A stretch of 50,243 nucleotides of DNA from an uncultured Solibacteraceae bacterium (GTDB lineage Bacteria > Acidobacteriota > Terriglobia > Bryobacterales > Bryobacteraceae). Of the stretch, positions 19,914-28,714 are shown piece by piece. The position numbers and the translations under genes were made by a program. Each line of letters opens with the position of its first letter. Position 1 is the stretch's first letter. Location of the stretch: NCBI GenBank assembly GCA_964395885.1, contig CAYNDS010000004.1, positions 1 through 50,243 on the forward strand, in the 5' to 3' direction. The notes under the pieces were generated by a model. That model was given only the letters and a program-made list of their open reading frames with translations. It had not been told where the DNA came from and made no database searches.

Positions 19914-21539
19914 ATGCTCTCCAACGTCGTGCGCCTCTCTTTCTCTGTTCTCCTCCTCACCGCGAGCCTTTCCGCCGCCGAGTTCAAGGATGTCGAATAC
20001 TCCAACGTCGGCCAGCGCGTCGCCATGGACATTGCCACGCCCGCCGGGGACGGACCGTTCCCCGCCGTCCTGCTGGTGCATGGCGGAGGCTTCCGCCGCG
20101 GCACGCGTGACAGCTATTGGCCCCTCGCGCAGCGCCTTGCCGAACGTGGCTACGTGGCAGCGACGGCCAGCTACCGCCTTGCCCCGCGCCACCAGTTTCC
20201 GGCCGCCGTCGAGGACGTCAAGGCCGCCGTGCGATTTCTCCGCGCTCGCGCAGCCCAGTACAAGATCGACCCGTCGCGCATCGGCGCCATGGGGGCCAGC
20301 GCCGGCGGACATCTGGTCCTGATGCTCGGCCTCACCGCCGGCATCGCCGAGTTCGAGGGCACCGGACCGAACCGCGATCAGTCCAGCGGCGTCACCTGCG
20401 TCGTCAACTACTTCGGACCCACCGACTTCACGCAGTCGTATTCCAAGAGCGTCGATGCCGCCGAGGTGCTGCCCTTGTGGCTGGGCGGCGATCTCGACCA
20501 CGCGCGTGTCTATCACCAGAAGGCCAGCCCGATCAACTGGGTGACGCCCGCCGCCGCGCCGACGCTGTCGATTCACGGCACCAGGGACACCTACGTCGCC
20601 TATGAGCACTCCGTCATGCTGACCGAGCGGATGCTGGCCGCCGGCGTCGACGCGGAACTGGAAACAATCTCCGGCGCCGGGCACGGCTTCAAGGGCGCCG
20701 ATGCGGAACGCGCCGAACAGCGCGCCTTCGCCTACTTTGACCGTCATCTGAAGCCCACCCCGTCCTCGCGCCGCCTGCTTCTTTCCGATCATGGTCCGCG
20801 CGGCGAGGTGGTGGCCGTGGAATGGCCGTCCGGCCGCGAGCTCTGGACGATTCCCAACCAGCGCGGCCACGACGTGCAGCCGCTGCCGAACGGCAATGTG
20901 CTGTTCACGGTCGGCCCCGCGCACAAGGTCGTCGAGGCGGATCCGAAGGGCAGGGAAGTGTGGTCGTACTCCGAGGGCCTCGCGCATCCGCTCGCCGCGC
21001 AGCGCCTGCCGAACGGCAATACGTTGATCGGGGATGCGAAGCTCGGCAAGGTGATCGAGGTAACGCCCGACAAGCGCGTCGCCTGGAAGTATGAGAGCGC
21101 GGACCTTGCCAACATGCGCATGCGGAACTCTCGCCGCACCGCCGCCGGCACCACGCTCATCGCCGTCGAGGCCGAGGCCAAGATCATCGAGGTCGATTCC
21201 GCCGGCAAGATCATCTGGCAGTGGCAGGCGCCGAACGGTGCCAACCGGCGCGCCTATCAGGCCCTGCGCCTGGACAACGGCAACACGCTCATCTCGCTGA
21301 ACGATCCGGGCGAGGTGGTGGAAGTCGATCGCGCGGGCGCCGTGGTGCGCTCGATGGCCGGCGCCAAGCGGGACCTGCAACTCGGTTGGGCCTCCGGCAT
21401 GGCCCTGCTGCCGGACGGTGGGCTGTTCGTCTCCGATTACACCGGCCGGCGCATCGTCGAACTCGACAAAGCAGGCAAACTGGTCAACGAATTGCGCACG
21501 AAGGACCGTACGGTGGCCTCGCTCGCGGTGCTGCCTTAA
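19914..21539 (+). CDS. Secreted alpha/beta-hydrolase (esterase, HGGG/GxSxG type) fused to a beta-propeller-like repeat domain
   Basis: It has a signal peptide (LSFSVLLLTASLSAAEF), HGGGF, and the nucleophile elbow GASAGG. The C-terminal half has repeated LPNGN(V/T)L / LDNGNTL blades. Confidence 0.8.
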   Translation: MLSNVVRLSFSVLLLTASLSAAEFKDVEYSNVGQRVAMDIATPAGDGPFPAVLLVHGGGFRRGTRDSYWPLAQRLAERGYVAATASYRLAPRHQFPAAVEDVKAAVRFLRARAAQYKIDPSRIGAMGASAGGHLVLMLGLTAGIAEFEGTGPNRDQSSGVTCVVNYFGPTDFTQSYSKSVDAAEVLPLWLGGDLDHARVYHQKASPINWVTPAAAPTLSIHGTRDTYVAYEHSVMLTERMLAAGVDAELETISGAGHGFKGADAERAEQRAFAYFDRHLKPTPSSRRLLLSDHGPRGEVVAVEWPSGRELWTIPNQRGHDVQPLPNGNVLFTVGPAHKVVEADPKGREVWSYSEGLAHPLAAQRLPNGNTLIGDAKLGKVIEVTPDKRVAWKYESADLANMRMRNSRRTAAGTTLIAVEAEAKIIEVDSAGKIIWQWQAPNGANRRAYQALRLDNGNTLISLNDPGEVVEVDRAGAVVRSMAGAKRDLQLGWASGMALLPDGGLFVSDYTGRRIVELDKAGKLVNELRTKDRTVASLAVLP

Positions 21540-21557
21540 GACGAAGGGAGCGGTGCC

Positions 21558-21854
21558 ATGTACGGTGTGATCGGGAAGATGTCGGCGCAGGAGGGCAGGC
21601 GCGAGGAACTGTTGCAACTGTTGATGACGGCGACAGGCTCCATGCCGGGCTGCCTGAACTATGTCATCGCGCGTGACCCCGCCGACCCCAACGGGCTTTG
21701 GATCACCGAGGTCTGGGATCATCGCGACAGTCACGCCGCATCGCTGAAACTGCCGGAGGTGGTGAAGGCGATCACGGCGGCACGCCCGCTGATTGCCGGC
21801 TTCAGCCATCGCGTCGAGACGGAACCGGTGGGCGGTGTCGGTCTTTCCCGCTAG
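21558..21854 (+). CDS. Antibiotic-biosynthesis-monooxygenase (ABM/Dabb) domain protein
   Basis: The 98-aa product has the typical ferredoxin-like ABM pattern (…GCLNYVIARD…LWITEVWDHRDSHAASL). Confidence 0.7.
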   Translation: MYGVIGKMSAQEGRREELLQLLMTATGSMPGCLNYVIARDPADPNGLWITEVWDHRDSHAASLKLPEVVKAITAARPLIAGFSHRVETEPVGGVGLSR

Positions 21855-21857
21855 CCG

Positions 21858-22427
21858 ATGACCAACGGCCTGGTACTGACACATGGCGCGGGCGGCAATC
21901 GGAACACGCCCTTGCTGGTGCGGGTGGACGAAGCCTTCACCGCCGCCGGATGGACGGTGGAGCGCGTCGATCTCGCCTTCCGGCAGGCGCGGGCTTCCGG
22001 TCCGCCGCGTCCGTCCGATGCGGCGCGCGATCGCGAATCTCTCGCCACCGCGATTGCCGCGATGCGCACGCGCTGCACGGGACGCGTCGTCGTGGGCGGC
22101 GCCTCCTACGGCGGCCGCCAAGCCAGCCTGCTTCTGGCCGAGCGTGCCCTGGCCGACGCACTCCTGCTGCTTTCCTATCCGCTCCATCCGCCGGGCAAGC
22201 CCGATCAGAAGCGGACGGCGCACTTTCCGTCGGTCACCGTCCCGGCGTTGTTCGTGCACGGGACCAAGGACCCGTTCGGGACCATCGAGGAGATCGAGGC
22301 CGCGCGCGCCCTTCTCGGCGGCCCGTCGCAGGTGAGTGTCGTGGAGGCCGCCGGGCACGATCTGGCGCGCGGACGCTTTGACGTTCCGGCGCGGATCGTG
22401 GCGCCGCTGGCGCAGCTAATCGGATAG
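21858..22427 (+). CDS. Alpha/beta-fold hydrolase (dienelactone-hydrolase/KANL3-like)
   Basis: It has the nucleophile elbow GGASYGG, the LFVHGTKDPF motif and a C-terminal H (AAGHDL). It is ~190 aa long. Confidence 0.7.
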   Translation: MTNGLVLTHGAGGNRNTPLLVRVDEAFTAAGWTVERVDLAFRQARASGPPRPSDAARDRESLATAIAAMRTRCTGRVVVGGASYGGRQASLLLAERALADALLLLSYPLHPPGKPDQKRTAHFPSVTVPALFVHGTKDPFGTIEEIEAARALLGGPSQVSVVEAAGHDLARGRFDVPARIVAPLAQLIG

Positions 22428-23846
22428 GTGATCGACCGTCAGGAACGTGCTCTCAAAGGCGTGATCGAGGATCTCGTCGGTCAGCCGGTGCGGCAGCCGT
22501 TCAAACTCAATCAGGTCGAGCGCGTGCGAGAGCACATCGCGCGGATGACAGCGCCGCATGCGCTTGGACTTCGCGCGGTAGTGCTTGGCCAGGAAACGCT
22601 CAATCAACTCCGGCTCATGGTTCAGCTTCTTCGACTGGCAGAAGCCGCTGAAGATCTTGGCGAACTCCCCCTCGTCCGGCGAGCGCAGAAACATCTTGTA
22701 CTGAATGCGGCGCAGGAAGGCCTCATCGCCAAGCTGGTCCGGGTTGAGGTTAGTCGAGAAGATGAGGAAGGTCTCAAACGGCACCTGCGCCTTGCCGCCG
22801 GTAAGGAAGGTGAGATAGTCGACGCGGCGCTCCATCGGGACGATCCAACGGTTCAGGACCTCCGACGGAGAGACCTTCTGCCGGCCGAAGTCGTCGATCA
22901 GGTAGATGCCGTTGTTGGCCTTGATCTGCAGCGGCGCGTCGTAGACCTTGGAGGTCGCGTTGTAGCTCAGGTCGAGCATGCCGAGCGTGAGCTCGCCGCC
23001 GGAGACGATGAACGGCCGCTTCACCCGGGCCCAGCGCGCGTCGTGCGTCATCTCCGGTCCCACGGCTGCGGCAAGCGCCAGCAGCCCGCTAAGTTCGTTG
23101 TCGACCCGCGGCTCGTCGGCCGTCACGTGATAGACGGGGTCGAAGACCTGGATGATCTGCCCCATGCTCTCGATGGCGTGCGGCACAAAGACGGGCGCGG
23201 TCTGCAGATTGAACAGCGCTTCGGCCAGGAAGGTTTTGCCGTTGCCGGGCTGCCCGTAGATGAGGAAGCTGCGTCCGGAATTCACCGCCGGTCCGATCTG
23301 GTTCATCAGATCCTCGCTCACCACCATGTGGCGATAGGCGTCCACCAGCATCTGGCGCGTCAGCCAGTTGGTCGGCTGGCGCTGCGCGCGGATCATCGGC
23401 ACATACTGCGACAGCGGCACGGGCGCCGGCCCGGCATACTGATTGGTTTCCAGGTGCTGCCGCGCCAGCGTGCGTCCGCCGTCGGTGAGCGCGAAGATCG
23501 CCGAGACGCTGCCCATGCCGAGCGACTTTTTCACCGTCACGGCCTGCACGCGCTTGATGTTTTCGAGAATCGGCTCAATCAGCGAGAACTTCAGGCCGAT
23601 GGCGTCCGCCAGCTCCCGGCCCAGAGACTCGCCGCGGAAGTAGAGGATCTTGAGCAGCAGTTGTTCCAGAAACGCTTCCGCCAAGCCGGTTTCCGCAATC
23701 GATTCCGGCACGCGGGGCGCCTGCGCGCTGAGCAGGGAAGGGGGCAGCGGCGAAGCCTGCGACGGGGCAGCGAGGCCGGCGGTCGTGCTGGGCGGAGCCA
23801 CAGTTGCGGTCACGACCGTCTTATCGCCGCCCCGGCAGAATCGCAC
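22416..23846 (-). CDS. AAA+ family ATPase
   Basis: It has Walker A (GQPGNGKTF), Walker B (IYLIDDFGRQ), and sensor/arginine-finger-like segments (FSTNL…AFLRRI). Confidence 0.8.
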   Translation of the reverse strand: MRFCRGGDKTVVTATVAPPSTTAGLAAPSQASPLPPSLLSAQAPRVPESIAETGLAEAFLEQLLLKILYFRGESLGRELADAIGLKFSLIEPILENIKRVQAVTVKKSLGMGSVSAIFALTDGGRTLARQHLETNQYAGPAPVPLSQYVPMIRAQRQPTNWLTRQMLVDAYRHMVVSEDLMNQIGPAVNSGRSFLIYGQPGNGKTFLAEALFNLQTAPVFVPHAIESMGQIIQVFDPVYHVTADEPRVDNELSGLLALAAAVGPEMTHDARWARVKRPFIVSGGELTLGMLDLSYNATSKVYDAPLQIKANNGIYLIDDFGRQKVSPSEVLNRWIVPMERRVDYLTFLTGGKAQVPFETFLIFSTNLNPDQLGDEAFLRRIQYKMFLRSPDEGEFAKIFSGFCQSKKLNHEPELIERFLAKHYRAKSKRMRRCHPRDVLSHALDLIEFERLPHRLTDEILDHAFESTFLTVDHLSD

Positions 23847-23891
23847 GATGGGCAGGATGCCCGATCACGGCGGGCGAAAACTACTGAAGGG

Positions 23892-25658
23892 CTAGATCGT
23901 CACCGGTTGGGGCGGACCGAGCACCATCTCGTTGATTGCACCGCCCGCGGGCACCATCGGGAACACGTTCTCACCCGGCGACACCATCACGTTCAAAAGG
24001 TACGGACCCGGCTCATTCACCGCCGCCTCCAGCGCCGCGCGCAGTTCGGAGGGCTTCTCCACCGTCCGGCCGCGGAAGCCGTAGGCCCCGGCCAGCTTCT
24101 CCGCATCCGGGAAGCTGTCGAGCGTCACCGAGGACAGGCGGTTGTTATAGAACAGCTCCTGCCATTGGCGCACCATGCCGAGATAGCCGTTGTTCATCAC
24201 CACGATCTTCACGTTCAGCCCGTAGTTGACCAGCGTGGCCAGCTCCGGCACCGACATCTGGAAGCCGCCGTCGCCGACAATGGCAAACACCAACTGATCC
24301 GGGTTGGCCGCCTGCGCGCCCATCGCCGACGGCAGGCCGAAGCCCATCGAGCCGAGGCCGCCCGAGTTGATCCACAACCGCGGCTTGTTGAACTTGATCA
24401 ACTGCGCCGACCACATCTGGTGCTGCCCCACATCGGTGCAGACAATCGCGTTGCCGCCGGAAATGCGGTCGATCTCCGCCATCAGGTGCTGCGGCTTGAT
24501 CTCGGCGTCGGAGAAGACGGGCTCCAGCGGGTGCTCGGCCTTCCAGTCGCGGATCTGCTTCCACCAGCTCTTGCGCGCCTCGGCCTTCAGGTGGCCCATC
24601 GACGGCTTCAACTCCCGCAGCGCTTCGTTCAGCTTCACCAGCACGCGCTTCACATCGCCGACGATCGGCAGGTCGGCGGCACGGTTCTTGCCGATCTCCG
24701 ACGGGTCGATATCGACGTGGATCACCTTCGCATGCGGCGCAAAGCTCGCCAGGCGGCCCGTCACGCGGTCGTCAAACCGCACGCCGAGCGCAACCAGCAG
24801 GTCCGCCTCGTACATGCCCATGTTGGCCGCATAGCTGCCGTGCATGCCGGGCATCGAGATGAAGTTCGGATGCGTGCCGGGCAGCGCGCCCAGGCCCATC
24901 AGCGTGTTGACGGCGGGCGCGTCGACAATCTCGCACAGCTCGCGCAATTCCTCGCTCGCTTCGGCGTGGATAATGCCGCCGCCGGCGTACACCATCGGCT
25001 GCGACGACTCCCAGATCATCTGCGCCGCGCGCCGGATCTGGCCGCTGTGGCCTTCCGTGAACACGCGATAGCCGGGCAGGTGAATCTGCGTCACCGGCTT
25101 GTAGTGGCCCTGTCCCTGGAAGACGTCTTTCGGAACGTCCACCAGCACCGGCCCCGGGCGCCCGCTGGCCGCCAGATAGAACGCTTCGTGGATCGCCGCC
25201 GGCAGCTCATCCACCGTCTTCACCAAAAAATTGTGCTTCGTCGCCGAGCGCGTGATGCCGAACGTGTCGGCTTCCTGGAACGCGTCCGAGCCGATCAGCT
25301 TCGTCGAAACCTGCCCCGTCAGGGCCACGATCGGAATCGAGTCCATCATCGCGTCCACCAGGCCCGTCACCAGATTGGTCGCGCCCGGTCCGGACGTGGC
25401 GCAGCACACGCCCACCTTGCCCGTCGACCGCGCCCAACCCTGCGCCGCGAAGGCGGCATTCTGCTCATGGCGCACCAGGACGTGGCGAATCGGGTGGTCA
25501 TAGAGCGCGTCATAGAACGGCAGCGTCACCCCGCCGGGATAGCCGAAGATCACCTCGACGTTCTCCCGCAGCAGGCACTCCAGCAGGATTTTGGCTCCGT
25601 TCATCAATGCGCCCGCTTCGGCGGCGGCGGTCGCGGCGGTTCCGTTCTGTTTCGACAT
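23892..25658 (-). CDS. ilvB: Acetolactate synthase (acetohydroxy-acid synthase) large subunit
   Basis: It is a ThDP enzyme with the GYPGG N-terminal Pyr domain and the ThDP motif GDGGFQM…NN. It is 588 aa long with strong full-length family resemblance. Confidence 0.9.
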   Translation of the reverse strand: MSKQNGTAATAAAEAGALMNGAKILLECLLRENVEVIFGYPGGVTLPFYDALYDHPIRHVLVRHEQNAAFAAQGWARSTGKVGVCCATSGPGATNLVTGLVDAMMDSIPIVALTGQVSTKLIGSDAFQEADTFGITRSATKHNFLVKTVDELPAAIHEAFYLAASGRPGPVLVDVPKDVFQGQGHYKPVTQIHLPGYRVFTEGHSGQIRRAAQMIWESSQPMVYAGGGIIHAEASEELRELCEIVDAPAVNTLMGLGALPGTHPNFISMPGMHGSYAANMGMYEADLLVALGVRFDDRVTGRLASFAPHAKVIHVDIDPSEIGKNRAADLPIVGDVKRVLVKLNEALRELKPSMGHLKAEARKSWWKQIRDWKAEHPLEPVFSDAEIKPQHLMAEIDRISGGNAIVCTDVGQHQMWSAQLIKFNKPRLWINSGGLGSMGFGLPSAMGAQAANPDQLVFAIVGDGGFQMSVPELATLVNYGLNVKIVVMNNGYLGMVRQWQELFYNNRLSSVTLDSFPDAEKLAGAYGFRGRTVEKPSELRAALEAAVNEPGPYLLNVMVSPGENVFPMVPAGGAINEMVLGPPQPVTI

Positions 25659-25680
25659 GATCGATGCTCCTAGACGTGAC

Positions 25681-25721
25681 GAGGGCCATCGGCGCGAATC
25701 GCTTCTTCGCCGATGGCCCTC
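25681..25721 (-). promoter_or_regulatory. 14-bp perfect stem-loop in the ilvB 5' leader (candidate attenuator element)
   Basis: GAGGGCCATCGGCG (25681-25694) pairs with CGCCGATGGCCCTC (25708-25721) around a 13-nt loop. On the minus strand it lies 22 nt upstream of the ilvB ATG and just upstream of the AGGAG SD. Confidence 0.5.
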
Positions 25722-25740
25722 AGTTTCCCGATTTCCGGCC

Positions 25741-25803
25741 TCAGGCGAAGTAGGGTACTACCCGCACAACGACGAGGGCGCTGGATACGCCGCCGCTGGC
25801 CAC
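25741..25803 (-). CDS. Candidate Val-rich ilvB leader peptide (20 aa from GTG; start uncertain)
   Basis: The minus strand reads GTG GCC AGC GGC GGC GTA TCC AGC GCC CTC GTC GTT GTG CGG GTA GTA CCC TAC TTC GCC TGA, giving MASGGVSSALVVVRVVPYFA*. The LVVVRVV run resembles the VVVVRVVVVV core of the E. coli ilvB leader. Confidence 0.35.
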   Translation of the reverse strand: MASGGVSSALVVVRVVPYFA

Positions 25804-25959
25804 AGACAGTTGAATTCCGTTCCGCTGGTTCCGGATGAGTCCTTCGAACTGCACCACGAACGTTAGAATAGCCGATGCATTCCGTAAATACAAGAGGCGA
25901 ACTGCATTATAAATGTTTATGGCGACATAGCGTGCCGGGCTGATACAATCCCGAATCAC

Positions 25960-27150
25960 ATGCTTTCCCGCCGCCGCTTGTTTCAGTTTCTGGCTGGAAG
26001 TCCGCTGGCCGGCCGCGCCATGGGACAGGCCGCGCCAGAACAGGTGCTCAACGTGTTCGATTTCGAAGCGTTGGCCAAGGCGGCGCTGGCCGAGGCCCCG
26101 GCGCATTTCGGCTATCTGGCCACGGGCGTCGATGACGATGCGACGCTTCGCGCCAATCGTCAGGCGTTCCAACAGTATCAGTTGCGGCCGCGGCGCCTGG
26201 TAGATGTCCGGCAGGTTGACCTGAGCGTGGAACTGTTCGGCGCGCGTCTGGCGTCCCCGATTCTGATTGCGCCGACGGGCAGCCAGCGCGCATTTCATCC
26301 GCAGGGCGAGTTGGCCGTGGCCCGCGCCGCCGCCGCGCAGCGCACGCAGCTTTGCCTGTCGACCGTCACCACGTCCGACATTCGAGAGGTGGCAGCGGCA
26401 GCCGGGCAGCCGATCTGGTTCCAGTTGTATGCGACATCAAAGTGGGGCGTGACCGAGGCGCTGGTGCGGCGCGCCGAGGAAGCCGGCTGTCCCGTGCTGG
26501 CGCTGACCGTGGACCTTCCCGCCGGCCGCAACACGGAGACCCAATCGCGGGCGCGCCTCATCGACAAGCGGCCCTGCAGCGCCTGTCATGCGTCGTCGCG
26601 CGAAGCGGCAACGGCTTCCGGCGCCTTCTTCGCACGCAAGCCGATGTTCCGCGGCATCGACATGACCGGCGTGACGTTGAACAATCCGGCGATGGACTGG
26701 GCCTTTGTCCGCCGTCTGAAGGCGATGACCTCGATGAAGCTGGTCCTGAAGGGGATTGAGACGCGCGAGGACGCGGCGCTGGCCGTCGAACACGGCGTCG
26801 ATGGGCTGGTGGTCTCCAATCACGGCGGGCGCGCCGAGGAAAGCGGCCGCGGCACCCTCGACTGCCTTCCGGAAGTGCTGGACGGAGCAGGGAAACTGCC
26901 CGTGCTGATTGACGGCGGCTTCCGTCGCGGCACCGATGTGTTCAAGGCCCTGGCGCTGGGCGCGCGCGCGATTCTAATCGGGCGTCCTTACCTCTGGGGA
27001 CTCGCCGCCTTCGGCCAGCCCGGTGTCGAGCGTGTGCTGGAAATCCTGAACGCGGAACTCGCCCTGGCGATGAAGCAGTGCGGCGCGCAGCGGGCTTCTT
27101 CGATTTCCCGCACGATGGTGGTGGAATCCCGCACGCCAAGCGCGGTATAG
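25960..27150 (+). CDS. FMN-dependent alpha-hydroxy-acid oxidase/dehydrogenase (LldD/glycolate-oxidase family) with a Tat-like N-terminus
   Basis: It has the SNHGGR active-site motif and TIM-barrel family resemblance throughout. The N-terminus (MLSRRRLFQFLAGSPLAG) is twin-arginine-like. Confidence 0.85.
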   Translation: MLSRRRLFQFLAGSPLAGRAMGQAAPEQVLNVFDFEALAKAALAEAPAHFGYLATGVDDDATLRANRQAFQQYQLRPRRLVDVRQVDLSVELFGARLASPILIAPTGSQRAFHPQGELAVARAAAAQRTQLCLSTVTTSDIREVAAAAGQPIWFQLYATSKWGVTEALVRRAEEAGCPVLALTVDLPAGRNTETQSRARLIDKRPCSACHASSREAATASGAFFARKPMFRGIDMTGVTLNNPAMDWAFVRRLKAMTSMKLVLKGIETREDAALAVEHGVDGLVVSNHGGRAEESGRGTLDCLPEVLDGAGKLPVLIDGGFRRGTDVFKALALGARAILIGRPYLWGLAAFGQPGVERVLEILNAELALAMKQCGAQRASSISRTMVVESRTPSAV

Positions 27151-27160
27151 TAGGAGGGTT

Positions 27161-27238
<78 letters not shown>

Positions 27239-27373
27239 TCCTTTCCTCTTTTCTTTCAATCGTTTAGCCCACCCTCATCCAAAGGGACGCTCAGGTTCGC
27301 CGTGGCTGCTATGGCGGAAACTATGGATACCCCCCGCTTCGAGCGAGATTCCTCGCGGCACACACCATTCCGA

Positions 27374-27478
27374 CTGGGGGTGGACATAGCGTCGCGTTGT
27401 TGAGAAGTCGGCATTGCCAGTCGAATAGGCCAGCGTGTGCGGATCCACATCTGTGGCTCCCAGCGGGTGAGGCACTCT
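27374..27478 (-). pseudogene. Tyrosine-recombinase 3' fragment (last ~35 codons, including the catalytic-Tyr region)
   Basis: It translates to …DPHTLAYSTGNADFSTTRRYVHP, compared with …DPYTLAYLAGHADFSTTKRYVHP in the intact integrase at 28715-29833. About 100 nt are roughly 80% identical at DNA level. No upstream integrase sequence is present. Confidence 0.65.
27377..27475. repeat. Imperfect direct repeat, copy 1 (integrase 3' end); partner at 28766-28862
   Basis: Aligned by eye: GGGGTGGACATAGCGTCGCGTTGTTGAGAAGTCGGCATTGCCAG… against GGGGTGCACATAGCGCTTCGTTGTTGAGAAGTCGGCATGGCCAG…. Confidence 0.7.
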
Positions 27479-27797
27479 GGAATAAATCGTTTAAACGGCG
27501 CAAGGCATACTGATTCGTTGCCGGGGCCGGGTGTGTGCTGGGAAGATCATTGGCACGGCTGCGCGTCGTCCGGCCGTGTAGCGACTCTGGGTCAATGCGG
27601 TGACGCGCGTCGCGGCTTATTGAGCGAAAGATCGGAAAATGAACGGTAATCCTATGTTCAGGTGAGAAAGGGTCCCGGCGAACTGACAGGCTTTTGCCCG
27701 TGCTCACAAAATTTTGGCGAACAGCGGAGAATTTCTTTAGAAGTGTGCTACAGTTACCTCGGTTTGAACATCTAAGTAGCCCCTAAAGGAGTGAATT

Positions 27798-28415
27798 GTG
27801 ACTATCTCGAGGAGATCTCTACTAACTCTCGTAATCCTCGTGTCCGCGGTTTCTCCAGGGTGTAATTTAGGGTGGCTGAAAGTTGCCCTAACCCTCCTGC
27901 AGGTTGTTTCGCCTATGCTTCCAGGTATAGTTTCGGTAGCCCTCTCTTTAGCGGGCACCTTTATTCCAACGGAAGACGTGAACCGAATTCAGGCGGTCAC
28001 TGCAGCCGTGCAGAGAGGGTTACAAGAAGTCGCGGCGCTCGTGCAGGAGGCCAGAGCAAAGCAAGATAAATCGAGCGTCGCTCGAGCTGAAGTGATCCTG
28101 GCGAGGCTTGTAAGCGATCTTGACGGTCTTCTTCCGTCGCTGCGTATCACGAATCAAGCGAGCAAAGCCAAGATCACCAGCAGCGTTACTGCAGTGTTGG
28201 CAGGGCTTAGGGGTGTTCTAGCTGTAATCTCCCGGAATACGGAGCCGTCCCGTACGCCAGGAGTACTGCCACCAGTTGCCCCCCCGCCGCCTCAAACCCC
28301 TTCGCCAGTGATCACCGACCCTGAGGAGTTAAAGAGGCAGTTCAATACGGCACTCACAGCACCGAGCGGAGAGCCACAGGTGGATGCTGCATTTTTGCGA
28401 GCTAAGCTCATTTAG
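27798..28415 (+). CDS. Hypothetical lipoprotein/secreted protein with a Pro-rich segment
   Basis: The GTG start is preceded by AAGGAG with a 6-nt spacer. The N-terminus (SRRSLLTLVILVSAVSPGC) is a lipobox-like signal. Local GC is about 50%, and there are no recognisable enzymatic motifs. Confidence 0.55.
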   Translation: MTISRRSLLTLVILVSAVSPGCNLGWLKVALTLLQVVSPMLPGIVSVALSLAGTFIPTEDVNRIQAVTAAVQRGLQEVAALVQEARAKQDKSSVARAEVILARLVSDLDGLLPSLRITNQASKAKITSSVTAVLAGLRGVLAVISRNTEPSRTPGVLPPVAPPPPQTPSPVITDPEELKRQFNTALTAPSGEPQVDAAFLRAKLI

Positions 28416-28714
28416 CATCTGAATGCTGTGATTTCGGAGTTCGTGCGAACGCACCTGCCGTTCTGAAAACGTGGCGGACTAGGCATAACCTCTACGCATC
28501 CATAGAGAACGAAGCTGACGAGGGTGGGCGCAAGCAACCTAGAGATAGCAGCCCTGAACTCGCTCAGCGTGTTCTGGTGTACCTGGGCATCAATTCGATT
28601 CACCGAAGTGCGGAAGATAATTCTGGGCACCCGAAGGAGACCGCTTCTGCGGGCGGCGCCATCGTACCCTTTTGCAGTGCTGGCTAACGCCTTTCGCCTA
28701 TGCCTAAACCGCAG

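Noticed and set aside
19800-22358. 852-aa ORF on the minus strand
   Set aside because: It is antisense to three well-supported + strand genes (esterase-propeller, ABM, hydrolase). It is low-complexity and Arg/Gly/Ala-rich.
22428-25673. 1081-aa ORF on the + strand
   Set aside because: It is antisense to the AAA+ ATPase and ilvB genes. It has no motifs and shadow-ORF composition.
25741-26298. 185-aa minus-strand ORF spanning the ilvB/oxidase intergenic region
   Set aside because: Most of it is antisense to the oxidase gene start and to the AT-rich promoter region. Only its last ~20 codons (the Val-rich tail) are considered meaningful, as a leader peptide.
28416-28714. Search for an internal att site (a copy of the tRNA-Pro 3' end) between the remnant and the intact integrase
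   Set aside because: Only a weak match (TTCGATTCACC versus TTCGAATCCTC) was found, which is not convincing. Element boundaries inside the island therefore remain undefined.
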